Positions 1 through 8,192 are shown, counted from the first letter of the stretch. The stretch is 46,065 nucleotides of DNA from Oscillospiraceae bacterium (GCA_015063765.1 SVTN01000002.1:1-46065), one strand, 5' to 3'. Notes: generated by a model not told the origin, from the letters alone. Numbers and translations are program-made.

Positions 1-770
1 ACAGCACCGTTGGAGGCCGTCGCCGCACCGAAGTCCTTTAAGTAGGAGCAAGCGGCGTCATTCAGCTCGTCGCCGATCCACTTATCAAGCCCTATAACGT
101 AGGGAACGTCCTCCATTACCTTCATACCGATGGCAGAGCCGAGCAGCTGTGCCTCGGGCTTCTTGGTGGTGTTGACCTTTACGACCCAGGTCGCCTTGCG
201 CCCTTCGTCGGTAAGAAGGCCGAAATAAGGCACGTAGCCGACGATGGAGCCCATGATATCAATGATGCCCGAATTGCGGTTGCAGCGTGCGCCAAGCACC
301 GAGTTTGCGTAAACGACGGCGCTCGACTCTGCCCAAGAGAGCACGTCGCCCTTCTTCGGCTTGTTGCCCACCTCGTCCATATAGCAGGTGCAGGTAAAGG
401 CGTTCTTATCCATCAAGCCGAGCTTCTCTAATTGCTCCTCGTAAAAGCCCTGCTTGGTATACATGAATTTGTTGAAAACGAAATTCTGCAAGAAGTTTGC
501 AGGAACGTTTTTGTCGAGAGGACGGGGGTCGACCGAGAATTTTTGCTCCGACGATACACCCGCGTCGAGAAGCTTTTGCATCAGATCGTAAACGGGTGAC
601 ATCACCTTGAGTCCAAACGAGGTCACAAGATGGTTATAGCTTGAGGTAACGGGCACCAGCTTCTCCGCCTCAAAGGCGTCGCCGTACATGACGAGCGTCT
701 TCATGACCTTGGCAAGCGTTTCGCCCTTCTCACCATCTAAGATGGCTTGTTGTTCTTTGGTAAGAATCAT
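1..770 (-). CDS. Aconitase X catalytic-domain (DUF521) protein, N-terminal part; the C-terminus runs off the left window edge
   Basis: Absent from the ORF track because it is open to the window edge. Hand translation of the reverse strand from the ATG (cat at 768-770) gives MILTKEQQAILDGEKGETLAKVMKTLVMYGDAFEAEKLVPVTSSYNHLV...CTCYMDEVGNKPKKGDVLSWAESSAVVYANSVLGARCNRNSGIIDIMG. This matches my recollection of AcnX/DUF521 large subunits. A GAAAGGA RBS lies upstream. Confidence 0.6.
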   Translation of the reverse strand, partial: MILTKEQQAILDGEKGETLAKVMKTLVMYGDAFEAEKLVPVTSSYNHLVTSFGLKVMSPVYDLMQKLLDAGVSSEQKFSVDPRPLDKNVPANFLQNFVFNKFMYTKQGFYEEQLEKLGLMDKNAFTCTCYMDEVGNKPKKGDVLSWAESSAVVYANSVLGARCNRNSGIIDIMGSIVGYVPYFGLLTDEGRKATWVVKVNTTKKPEAQLLGSAIGMKVMEDVPYVIGLDKWIGDELNDAACSYLKDFGAATASNGA

Positions 771-793
771 TTTGTAATCCTTTCTTTACATTA

Positions 794-2863
794 TTACAGT
801 TTCATTGCCACATCCCACGCGCCCCAAATAACAGAGCGCAGGTTGCCGACCTTGGAAGCGTCGCCAATGACGTGCACGTGTCTTCCCGCCTTGAATGCGG
901 GCGCAGGGTTGTAGCCGACCGAGAGGATGACCGAGTCGGCATCCACCGAAAAGCTCTTCCCTTCCTTATCCTTCAAAACAACACCCGTTTCGGTGATCTC
1001 CGAGAGTGCCGTTTCAAGATATACGGGAACGGCGTTGGTCTTGAAGAAATCGCGCAAGAAGCTAGTATTGGCAAGGCAAACGCCCTTGGTCGTAACAAGG
1101 TCGTCCTGCATCTCAACGATGACAGGCTTCTTTCCCTTCAAATAGAGATCGTATGCGATCTCACAACCGGTAAGACCGCCGCCGATCACGACGACGTTTT
1201 CACCCACCGTCTTGTTTTCGAGCAGGTAATCCACCGCCTCGACGGCACGCTCCGCGCCCTTGACGGGAATTTTCTTCGCCACAGCACCCGTCGCCACGAT
1301 CACCTCATCCGCATCGAGCGACTTGATATCGGTTACCGCAGTATTCATCTTCACTTCAATGGGATGCTTCGAAAGCTCGCGGATATACCAGGCGATAAGC
1401 GCTCTGTCCTTTTCCTTGAAGGAGGGAGCGGCAGCCGCAACAAACACGCCGCCGAGGCTTCCCGTCTTCTCGTAAAGGGTGACCTTGTGTCCTCTCTTTG
1501 CGAGAAGGATCGCCGCCTCCATACCGCCGATACCGCCGCCGATGACAGCAATCTTCTTCACGCGCTTCGCAGGCTCGACGTAATACTTCTTCGACTGCAT
1601 CGTTTCGGGGTTGAGCGCACAGCGCGCAAGACCCATGGTGTCGGTCAGATCCTGGGTGTTGGCGTGACCCTTGGAGGAGGAGAAGTTGAAGCAACCGCTG
1701 TGACAGCAGATGCAGGGCTTGATGTCCTCCAGCCTGTCTTCGATCAGCTTGGTCACCCACGCAGGGTCGGTGAGAAATTGACGGGCAATGCCCACGCCGT
1801 CGATTCGTCCCTCGGCGACCGCCTTTGCACCCACCTCGGGATCCATTCTGCCCGCGCAAACGACGGGAATGGAAACAAACTTCTTGATATGTGCCACGTC
1901 GTCAAGGTTGCAGTTTTCGGGCATGTACATCGGCGGATGCGCCCAATACCAGGAGTCGTAGGTGCCGTTGTCGGCGTTGAGCATGTCGTAGCCCGCATCC
2001 TCAAGATACTTTGCGGCGCGCTCGGACTCCTCCATGGCGCGTCCCACCTCAACGTAATCCTCGCCCGGCATCGCGCCCTCGCAAAAGCCCTTCATCTTGG
2101 ACTCTACCGAGTAGCGGAGCGATACGGGATAATCGTTGCCGCAGGCTTCCTTGATCGCCTTAACGACCTCGACGGCAAAGCGATAACGGTTTTCAAAGCT
2201 TCCGCCGTAGTCGTCGGTGCGCTTGTTGAAGAATTCAATGGCAAACTGGTCGAGCAGATACCCTTCATGCACCGCGTGCACCTCAACGCCGTCCACCCCT
2301 GCATCGCGGCAAAGCTTTGCCGTCTTGGCAAACGCCTCGATGATCTCGTGGATCTGCTCCACCGTCATCTCGGGACATTCAATGTCATGCGCCCAGCGCG
2401 AGGGCTGAGGGCTAGGGCTCGCCAGCTCGTGCGAGGTGTCGAGAATGGGCTTCAGGATGGCACGGGTAAACTTATTCTTATGAAGGGGTGCGACAAGCTC
2501 GGTGATCGCCCAAGAGCGACCCATGCCCGCCGTCAGCTGAACGAAGAGCTTTGCCCCCGTTTTATGGATCTCGTCCATAAATTCCTTGAGTTCCTTGAAC
2601 ATCTTTTCGTTTTGCCAGAGCCACTTTCCCCAGAAGGTGTCACGCAGGGGCGCGATGCCGGGGATGATAAGGCCGACGTTGTTCTTGGCTCTCTCCAAAA
2701 AGAGCTTTGCCGCCTCCTTATCGAAATGGCAGCCGGTCAGCTCAAACCAGCCGAAAAGAGAGGTGCCGCCCATCGGGCACATAACGATGCGGTTTTTGAT
2801 CTCCACATTACCGATCTTCCAAGGGGTAAATAACGCCTCGTATTTTTGATCCATCGTACTCAA
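794..2863 (-). CDS. NADH:flavin oxidoreductase of the 2-enoate / 2,4-dienoyl-CoA reductase family (OYE-like FMN barrel + Fe-S Cys cluster + FAD/NAD(P) domain)
   Basis: 689-aa ORF. The N-terminus has OYE-type motifs (NRIVMCPMGG, HAVHEGYLLDQF). A Cys cluster CICCHSGC follows. The C-terminal half has two dinucleotide-binding loops (IGGGIGGMEAA, IGGGLTGCE). Confidence 0.85.
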   Translation of the reverse strand: MSTMDQKYEALFTPWKIGNVEIKNRIVMCPMGGTSLFGWFELTGCHFDKEAAKLFLERAKNNVGLIIPGIAPLRDTFWGKWLWQNEKMFKELKEFMDEIHKTGAKLFVQLTAGMGRSWAITELVAPLHKNKFTRAILKPILDTSHELASPSPQPSRWAHDIECPEMTVEQIHEIIEAFAKTAKLCRDAGVDGVEVHAVHEGYLLDQFAIEFFNKRTDDYGGSFENRYRFAVEVVKAIKEACGNDYPVSLRYSVESKMKGFCEGAMPGEDYVEVGRAMEESERAAKYLEDAGYDMLNADNGTYDSWYWAHPPMYMPENCNLDDVAHIKKFVSIPVVCAGRMDPEVGAKAVAEGRIDGVGIARQFLTDPAWVTKLIEDRLEDIKPCICCHSGCFNFSSSKGHANTQDLTDTMGLARCALNPETMQSKKYYVEPAKRVKKIAVIGGGIGGMEAAILLAKRGHKVTLYEKTGSLGGVFVAAAAPSFKEKDRALIAWYIRELSKHPIEVKMNTAVTDIKSLDADEVIVATGAVAKKIPVKGAERAVEAVDYLLENKTVGENVVVIGGGLTGCEIAYDLYLKGKKPVIVEMQDDLVTTKGVCLANTSFLRDFFKTNAVPVYLETALSEITETGVVLKDKEGKSFSVDADSVILSVGYNPAPAFKAGRHVHVIGDASKVGNLRSVIWGAWDVAMKL

Positions 2864-2940
2864 AACAGCTTTTTCCTTTCTTAATTGGTTTTCATTGTTA
2901 ATTTTAAAACAATACCATATTCATTCTAGCATATCACCTT

Positions 2941-2974
2941 AAAAAAGTCAAGGCGGTGACTTTTGCCACCGCCT
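2941..2974 (-). terminator. Rho-independent terminator after the XRE gene
   Basis: Stem AGGCGGTG (2951-2958) pairs with CACCGCCT (2967-2974). The A-run at 2941-2946 reads as a T-run on the minus strand. Confidence 0.6.
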
Positions 2975-2985
2975 AAATGCAATAT

Positions 2986-3219
2986 TTATTCTTCAATTTC
3001 GTTGAAATATTCTCTGTCAAAAAATTCCGTTAGGGTGATGCCCGCACCTTCGCAAAAACGCTTGATGGTAATGACCTTAGAGCATTTTGTGCGCCCTTTA
3101 TAGAGATCGTAAATTGCAGAGGGCGACATCCCGCCCTTTAAACAAGCATCACACACGTTAAGTCCTCTTTCCGCGCAGATCTCGTCAATGCGTTTTATAA
3201 TTGCATCGTTCAGCTTCAA
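2986..3219 (-). CDS. Short XRE-family helix-turn-helix transcriptional regulator
   Basis: Frame of track ORF 2986..3303, with HTH core ICAERGLNVCDACLKGGMSPSAIYDLYKG. The track start is a GTG inside palindrome copy 2. I prefer the in-frame TTG at 3217-3219 (GGAGA 9 nt upstream, 77 aa), because a minus-strand TATAAT (3263-3268) and two operator copies lie inside the longer frame. The start is uncertain. Confidence 0.7.
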   Translation of the reverse strand: MKLNDAIIKRIDEICAERGLNVCDACLKGGMSPSAIYDLYKGRTKCSKVITIKRFCEGAGITLTEFFDREYFNEIEE

Positions 3220-3246
3220 GGTTCTGTTTCTCCGTTCATAGCTTTC

Positions 3247-3352
3247 GTGGAACTCCACAACAATTATAAATTTTTTGTTCTTTTTTCTCTCGTGGAATTC
3301 CACGATATTGACATTTTATCCGTTCTTTGCTATAATAATCGTGGAATTCCAT
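3247..3352. promoter_or_regulatory. Three operator-like copies of the 12-bp palindrome GTGGAATTCCAC bracketing divergent promoters
   Basis: Copies are 3247-3258 GTGGAACTCCAC, 3292-3303 GTGGAATTCCAC (perfect) and 3341-3352 GTGGAATTCCAT. Copy 1 lies 4 nt beyond the minus-strand -10 and copy 3 lies 4 nt beyond the plus-strand -10. Copy 2 sits between the two -35 positions. Confidence 0.6.
3308..3336 (+). promoter_or_regulatory. Consensus sigma-A-type promoter of the SLOG gene
   Basis: TTGACA (3308-3313), a 17-nt spacer, then TATAAT (3331-3336). Confidence 0.65.
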
Positions 3353-3366
3353 GATTGGAGGCAGAT

Positions 3367-3822
3367 GTGATCATTTCTTTTACAGGACATAGTACCCTTC
3401 AAAATCGCGAGGAGCTTGCGATAAAGCTGAAAAACGCAATATGTTCGAATCTTCCCAAGGACGAGAAGGTCTCCTTTTTCTGCGGTGGGTACGGCGAATT
3501 TGACACACTTTGCGCCAAAGTGTGTCACGAATTAAAGAAGAGCTACGTGGACTGCGAGGTGCTTCTCATCACGCCCTACATTACAGAGTCCCATCAGAAG
3601 AAGTTAAACGGTGATCCTCAAATCAAAGCTTTATATGATTCCATAGTATATCCTCCGCTTGAAAGTGTCCCGTTACGCTACGCCATATTAAGACGCAATG
3701 AATGGATGATAGACAAAGCCGATTTGGTCATAGCTTTTGTCACACATACCTTTGGCGGTGCATATAAAACGCTTGCATACGCGAAGCGCAAGAAAAAGAA
3801 AATTATAAATCTATCCGATTAA
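3367..3822 (+). CDS. SLOG-superfamily protein, DUF1273 / YpsA-like
   Basis: Track ORF 3355..3822. The likely start is GTG 3367, with GGAGG 5 nt upstream. It begins IISFTGHS and has the Gly-rich loop FFCGGYGEFD, then ITPY, RRNEWMIDKADLVIAF and a distal FGGAYKTLAYAKRKKKKI. This order of motifs matches DUF1273/YpsA SLOG proteins as I recall them. Confidence 0.65.
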   Translation: MIISFTGHSTLQNREELAIKLKNAICSNLPKDEKVSFFCGGYGEFDTLCAKVCHELKKSYVDCEVLLITPYITESHQKKLNGDPQIKALYDSIVYPPLESVPLRYAILRRNEWMIDKADLVIAFVTHTFGGAYKTLAYAKRKKKKIINLSD

Positions 3823-3856
3823 AAAACGGCTATCCGCCATGGCGGATAGCCGTTTC
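3823..3856. terminator. Bidirectional terminator between the SLOG gene and the M24 gene
   Basis: Near-perfect palindrome AAACGGCTATCCGCCATGGCGGATAGCCGTTT. It is flanked by an A-run on the left and a T-run (CCCTGTTTTT) on the right. Confidence 0.7.
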
Positions 3857-3877
3857 CCTGTTTTTGTCAATTACACT

Positions 3878-5038
3878 TTACAGTTCAAAGAGCTCGCGAG
3901 GATAGTTGGTGAGGTTCTCCGCACCGTCCTTTGTCACGCGAACGACGTCCTCAATACGAAGACCGTGCTTCTTCTCATGGTTGCCAAGGAAGATGTCGGC
4001 GCAGAAGGTCATGTTCTCAGCAAGATCGTAGGTGGAGTCGGTTTCGATCCAGGGTGCTTCGCCCTCCATCAGTCCGTTTCCGTGGAAGGGACCGTAGAGG
4101 TAGTAATCGCCATAACCGAGATCGTTTACAAGCTGCTTGTGAAGAAGAGCAACCTCGCGCGCAGGTCTGCCTGCTCTCAAGGCGCCGATCATGGTTTCTT
4201 GGATCTTGTAGCCTGCCATGATGAGGTTTTTCTGCTCCTCGGTTGCCTTACCAAACACCACGGGACGTCCGATGGTGGAGGCGTAACCGCCGTAGCGTGC
4301 GCCCACCTGAAGGAAGGTGAGGTCACCCTTTTCGATGACCTTGTGGCGAGGACGGCTGATTGCCTGATCCGATCCGTCACCCGTCAGGACCCACAGAGGA
4401 TAGCTCTCGCGCTCCGCGCCCAGCTCATGCATCTTGCCGAGGGCAAGTCCGACGACCTGGCTCTCGGTCATGCCGACCTTCACGTTTGCAAGCACGTAAT
4501 CCATCGTCTTGTGCGTGATCTCAGCAGCCTTACGCATGCAGGCAAGCTCGTTCTCCGACTTGCACATGCGAAGGTTGTTGACGAGCGTATCTGCCTTCTC
4601 GGGCAGAATGCCATACTTCTTAAGGCTGTCGGCGAGAGCGAAATAAACGCCCACCGTCATCAGAGGGTAGCCCGCAACGCCGAAGCGCTTGATGTCGGTG
4701 ATGCCCGCTTCCTCAAAAACGCTCTCAAAGGTGTCGAGCTTCTTACCGGGATACTCGGGCTCGGAGGATTCTCTGAACGCCTTGACAAGGCGGATGGCAG
4801 GGATCTTCGAGCGGTCTGCGGCATAGGTATAACTCTCGGGGCCGATGAGAAGGAAGGCATCTCCCTTGGCGGGAACAAGCACGCCCGCCGTTTCAAAGGA
4901 AGGCCAATAATCGGAGAAATAACGGACGTATTGGGGCTCTGCCTCGTTGCCGTAGGCAAGCACGTAATCGAAGCCCTCCTTTGCCATTTCGGCTTGCAGA
5001 CGAACGACTCTTTCTTTAAATTCAGATACAGGAATCAT
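3878..5038 (-). CDS. M24-family metallohydrolase (Xaa-Pro peptidase / creatinase type)
   Basis: 386 aa. It has a creatinase/prolidase-type N-domain followed by a pita-bread fold with typical segments (GDLTFLQVGARYGGYASTIGRP, HGNGLMEGEAP, MTFCADIFL...GLRIEDVV). Confidence 0.8.
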   Translation of the reverse strand: MIPVSEFKERVVRLQAEMAKEGFDYVLAYGNEAEPQYVRYFSDYWPSFETAGVLVPAKGDAFLLIGPESYTYAADRSKIPAIRLVKAFRESSEPEYPGKKLDTFESVFEEAGITDIKRFGVAGYPLMTVGVYFALADSLKKYGILPEKADTLVNNLRMCKSENELACMRKAAEITHKTMDYVLANVKVGMTESQVVGLALGKMHELGAERESYPLWVLTGDGSDQAISRPRHKVIEKGDLTFLQVGARYGGYASTIGRPVVFGKATEEQKNLIMAGYKIQETMIGALRAGRPAREVALLHKQLVNDLGYGDYYLYGPFHGNGLMEGEAPWIETDSTYDLAENMTFCADIFLGNHEKKHGLRIEDVVRVTKDGAENLTNYPRELFEL

Positions 5039-5041
5039 GCT

Positions 5042-6079
5042 TTACTCCTTTCCGCAGAGGAAGTCTGCGGGATTTTTTCTCAAAATGGTATCGATGTCCT
5101 CATCGCGGATGCCAAATTCCTTCATCATGGGAACGACGTTCACAAGCACGTGATCGTAGCCCCACGCGCCGTAGGTGCGCAAGCAGGTCTTAAGGCAAAC
5201 GTCACAGCTGACGAGGATCTGATCCACGTAGCCCATCTCGATGAGCTTTTTGAGGAACAAAACGCGCTCAACGTCGGTGACGAAGCAGCCGTAGCCGTCG
5301 TGTCTTGCTTCCTTCTCAACGAAGTATTCCTTACCGAAGTTATCAAACTCCACGTATACGCCCTGCTTCAGCATAGCAAGCACGTACTCTTCCCTGTTTT
5401 CAACGTCGATATGAGAAATGGCAATGCGGTCGGGCGCAACGCCTGCGGACAAAAGGATGTCGCAGGATTCAAGACCGTTGGTGGTCCAGGGGTTGATGTG
5501 CACAAGCACGCCGGCACCCGTCTTCTTGTGGGCGATCGCAGAAGCGCGAAGCACACGTCTTTCGGCATCGTTGAACAGCTCGCTGATGCCGATCTCACCG
5601 ATGACACCCGCCTTGACGCCGTCCACGCCCTCGGTCAACTCCTTCACCATTTCCTCGGCGATCTCCTCCTCCGTCATGGAAGCGAGTGCCGCGGGGTGGG
5701 TGGAGGACACGTAGTAGCCCGTACCCATAATGACGTTGATGCCCGTTTCACGCGAGATGCGTGCGAGCTTTTCGGGATCTCTGCCGATGCCGGGCATGGT
5801 GGCGTCTACCATGGTGGATCCGCCTGCGCGACCGAAGCGAAGGATCTCCGACTTCTGGACCTCGTAATCCTCCATCTTAAGATTGTCCTTCAAGGCATAG
5901 GGGTCGCGGGAGAGCTGACCGAGATGCTCCATCTTGACCTTTTCATTGACGGGGTCCTTGATATCTCTTAAGGGGCGCTCCTCAAAGAACGCCGAAATAT
6001 CGATAAAAATATGCTCATGGGGAGTGGTAATGCCCAGCTCTTCACGGGAAAGCTCCCCCAAAACGCTATTGACCTTCAT
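5042..6079 (-). CDS. Phosphotriesterase-related protein (amidohydrolase superfamily, PTER/Php-like)
   Basis: The track ORF runs to 6151. The likely start is ATG 6077-6079 (MKVNSVLGEL), preceded by AGGAGTG. The N-terminal metal motif is TTPHEHIFID, and later segments are GVIGEIG, VLVHINPW and ISHID. Confidence 0.8.
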   Translation of the reverse strand: MKVNSVLGELSREELGITTPHEHIFIDISAFFEERPLRDIKDPVNEKVKMEHLGQLSRDPYALKDNLKMEDYEVQKSEILRFGRAGGSTMVDATMPGIGRDPEKLARISRETGINVIMGTGYYVSSTHPAALASMTEEEIAEEMVKELTEGVDGVKAGVIGEIGISELFNDAERRVLRASAIAHKKTGAGVLVHINPWTTNGLESCDILLSAGVAPDRIAISHIDVENREEYVLAMLKQGVYVEFDNFGKEYFVEKEARHDGYGCFVTDVERVLFLKKLIEMGYVDQILVSCDVCLKTCLRTYGAWGYDHVLVNVVPMMKEFGIRDEDIDTILRKNPADFLCGKE

Positions 6080-6095
6080 TTGTTTCACTCCTTTT

Positions 6096-6467
6096 TTATT
6101 CACCGTGCGCCACGAGCGCCATGTATGCCATATTGGGCTGCTGTACGTCAAGACGGCCGTACTGCACGTGCACGCCGACGTCGCTCTTTAATACCATGGA
6201 ATACTGCACGCCAACCGCAAGCTGAAGACCGCCGAGTGCCTCGGCGTCGTCCGTCTTGAAGGCACGCACGCGCTTTGCGGGAACGGTTAAGGGGATATTT
6301 TCGACAGGATCTCTGTCCTCAAAATACACGCTGATGAGGACGTGCGCATCACAGTCGTTGGTGTTTAAGATCATGACGCTCTCGTGACCGACGTACACCG
6401 CCTCGGGATCGGGGGTGGGCGACGGACGGTAGCCGTCAATGATGTACCAGTCCTTTTTTCCGCTCAC
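6096..6467 (-). CDS. ASRT-family protein (Anabaena sensory rhodopsin transducer fold)
   Basis: The track ORF extends to 6599, but that part overlaps the upstream gene. I place the start at GTG 6465-6467, with a GGAGA formed by the last codons of the upstream gene (123 aa). The sequence WYIIDGYRPSP..HESVMILNTNDCDAHVLISVYFEDRDPVENIPLTVPAKR...VHVQYGRLDVQQPNMA aligns by eye with the ASRT sequence I recall (EGYIPP..HETVCILNAGDEDAHVEITIYY..LTVPARR..VVQHTRLDSRQ). Confidence 0.75.
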   Translation of the reverse strand: MSGKKDWYIIDGYRPSPTPDPEAVYVGHESVMILNTNDCDAHVLISVYFEDRDPVENIPLTVPAKRVRAFKTDDAEALGGLQLAVGVQYSMVLKSDVGVHVQYGRLDVQQPNMAYMALVAHGE

Positions 6468-6471
6468 AGGC

Positions 6472-7269
6472 TCAGATCTCCTCGTCGCCGTGCTCAGCCA
6501 TCCATTCAAGGGCGGCGTCGTATGCCTCGTAGTCGAGGTCTGCCATGGTGTTGGTGTGAAGCACGATACCCTCGGCTTCGCCTGCCTTGATCTTTTCAAG
6601 GTAGAAGTCCAGCTGCCACTTCACAGCCTCACCCGTTGCTTCCTTCGATTCGCCGAAGTTCCAGAGGTAGCAACCGAACATGCGGCGCGTGTTCGGGGTA
6701 TACTTCTTGAAGTATTCGAACTTCTCGGGAATGAGGGGAACGTCCTTTTCGCACCAGGTCCACATGATAACGCCGTCAAACTCGTCCATATAGGGCTGGA
6801 ATTCGGCATCCTCCTTCTCATCAAGACCGAACTGGAAGGTATAAAGCACCATCCAAGAGTCAAGACGGCGGATACCGTTGTTGTGCAGCTTATCGTTGGC
6901 TGCCTTCAGCATCTCAAGCGGAATGCTCTTGTATCTGGGGTTGCCTTCCTTGTCAAGGCTCTTGAAATCGTCAAATACAACGCAGGAAATATTGGGGAAC
7001 TCCTTTGCCTCGGCGATCGCCGTGTCAAGAATTTCGGGCTTCTTGTGCATACCGAAGCACTCCCAGCCTACTTGATTCAGCGTCTTAAAGGATTTGTTGT
7101 ACTGACGTCTGTTGACGTCAACGCCAACGGGCACCATAAAGGTGTTTCTGACACCAAGATAGAGGCATCCCTCCATCGGGGTCATACGGGATTCCTTTTC
7201 GTTGCCGTACTCATGATTGTAGCGTCCTTCGGGATGTCCCCAAAGCCACATTTTGTCGCGAAGCTTCAT
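6472..7269 (-). CDS. Uncharacterised ~265-aa protein, tandem paralog B (family not recognised)
   Basis: The track ORF extends to 7398 through the 3' end of paralog A. The real start is ATG 7267-7269 (MKLRDKMWLWGHPEGRYNHEYGNEKESRMTPMEGCLYLG), with AAGGAGA upstream. It is collinear with 7304..8098 along its full length. Confidence 0.75.
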   Translation of the reverse strand: MKLRDKMWLWGHPEGRYNHEYGNEKESRMTPMEGCLYLGVRNTFMVPVGVDVNRRQYNKSFKTLNQVGWECFGMHKKPEILDTAIAEAKEFPNISCVVFDDFKSLDKEGNPRYKSIPLEMLKAANDKLHNNGIRRLDSWMVLYTFQFGLDEKEDAEFQPYMDEFDGVIMWTWCEKDVPLIPEKFEYFKKYTPNTRRMFGCYLWNFGESKEATGEAVKWQLDFYLEKIKAGEAEGIVLHTNTMADLDYEAYDAALEWMAEHGDEEI

Positions 7270-7303
7270 AATTCTGTTCTCCTTGTATGTAAATTTTCTT
7301 TGA

Positions 7304-8098
7304 TCAGATTTCCTCGTCGCCGTGCTCTTCCATCCAAGCAATGGCGGCGTCGTATGCCTCGTAGTCGAGGTCTGCCATGGTGTTGGTGTGGAAGACAACG
7401 CCCTCGGCTTCGCCGGCTAAGATCTTCTCGCGGTAAAAGTCGAGCTGATAGCGAACAGCGTCACCGGTCGCCTCCTTGCACTCACCGAAGTTCCAGAGGT
7501 AGCAGCCGAACAGACGGCGCTGTGTGGGGGTGAGTTTCTTGAAATGCTCGTACTTCTCGGGAATGAGCGGCACATCCGACTCCTTCCACGTCCACATGAT
7601 GATGCCGTCAAAGGGGGCAATGTAATTTTTGAAATCCTCGTCCTTTGCCGCATCTACGCCAAATTCGTGGGTATAAAGCACCATCCACATATCGAGAGGT
7701 CGCACCTCGTTGTTGTGCAGACGGTCGTGAATTTTCTCCAGATTTTCCAAAGGAATATTCTTGTACTTTCCGCCTCTTTGGAAGTCGTCAAGCACAACGC
7801 GGTCGATGTTGGGAAAATCGGCAGCCTCAGCAATGAAGGGCTCGATCTTCTCAGGATTTGCCGTTGCGTCGTAGCACTCCCAGCCGACACCCAGCAGTGT
7901 TTTGAAGGACTTGTTGTACTGACGGCGGCTGACCGTCACGCCCTTATGCTCACCGTCGGGCACCATAAAGGTGTTGTGAATACCGAGATACAGGCAGCAC
8001 TCCATCGGCGTCATGCGAGATTTCTTCTCGTTGCCGTACATGTGATTGTAGCAGGATTCGGGATGTCCCCAAAGCCAAAATTTTTCGCGGAGCTTCAT
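7304..8098 (-). CDS. Uncharacterised 264-aa protein, tandem paralog A (family not recognised)
   Basis: It begins MKLREKFWLWGHPESCYNHMYGNEKKSRMTPMECCLYLG and ends FGCYLWNFGECKEATG...HTNTMADLDYEAYDAAIAWMEEHGDEEI. A GGGAGA RBS lies upstream. Confidence 0.75.
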   Translation of the reverse strand: MKLREKFWLWGHPESCYNHMYGNEKKSRMTPMECCLYLGIHNTFMVPDGEHKGVTVSRRQYNKSFKTLLGVGWECYDATANPEKIEPFIAEAADFPNIDRVVLDDFQRGGKYKNIPLENLEKIHDRLHNNEVRPLDMWMVLYTHEFGVDAAKDEDFKNYIAPFDGIIMWTWKESDVPLIPEKYEHFKKLTPTQRRLFGCYLWNFGECKEATGDAVRYQLDFYREKILAGEAEGVVFHTNTMADLDYEAYDAAIAWMEEHGDEEI

Positions 8099-8117
8099 GT
8101 TTTTTCTCCCTTGTGTA

Positions 8118-8146
8118 TTGATTTTTGCATATGCGGATGGTATAAT
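8118..8146 (+). promoter_or_regulatory. Candidate promoter of the AraC-family gene
   Basis: TTGATT (8118-8123), a 17-nt spacer, then TATAAT (8141-8146) with a TG at the extended -10 position. Confidence 0.4.
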
Positions 8147-8163
8147 ATATACATCCTACTTCA

Positions 8164-8192
8164 ATCTTACTTAAAACACCGCGTATTTTCAA
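8164..8192 (-). promoter_or_regulatory. Candidate promoter of the five-gene operon
   Basis: On the minus strand: TTGAAA (8187-8192), a 17-nt spacer, then TAAGAT (8164-8169). It lies to the right of the plus-strand promoter, so the two 5' ends would cross. Confidence 0.3.

Noticed and set aside
872-2833. 653-aa plus-strand ORF covering the enoate-reductase gene
   Set aside because: It is antisense to a gene with clear OYE/FAD motifs. Its product is Arg/Gly/Leu/His-rich low-complexity sequence with no motifs, which is the typical shadow ORF of GC-rich DNA.
3839-5971. 710-aa plus-strand ORF
   Set aside because: It spans two well-supported minus-strand genes (M24 and phosphotriesterase-like) and begins inside a terminator hairpin. 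It has no recognisable domains.
6468-7398. N-terminal extensions of track ORFs 6096..6599 and 6472..7398 (both containing TPTPWQTSTTRHTTPP)
   Set aside because: The extensions are out-of-frame readings of the conserved 3' ends of the upstream paralog genes. Internal starts with good RBS give proteins of the expected family length.
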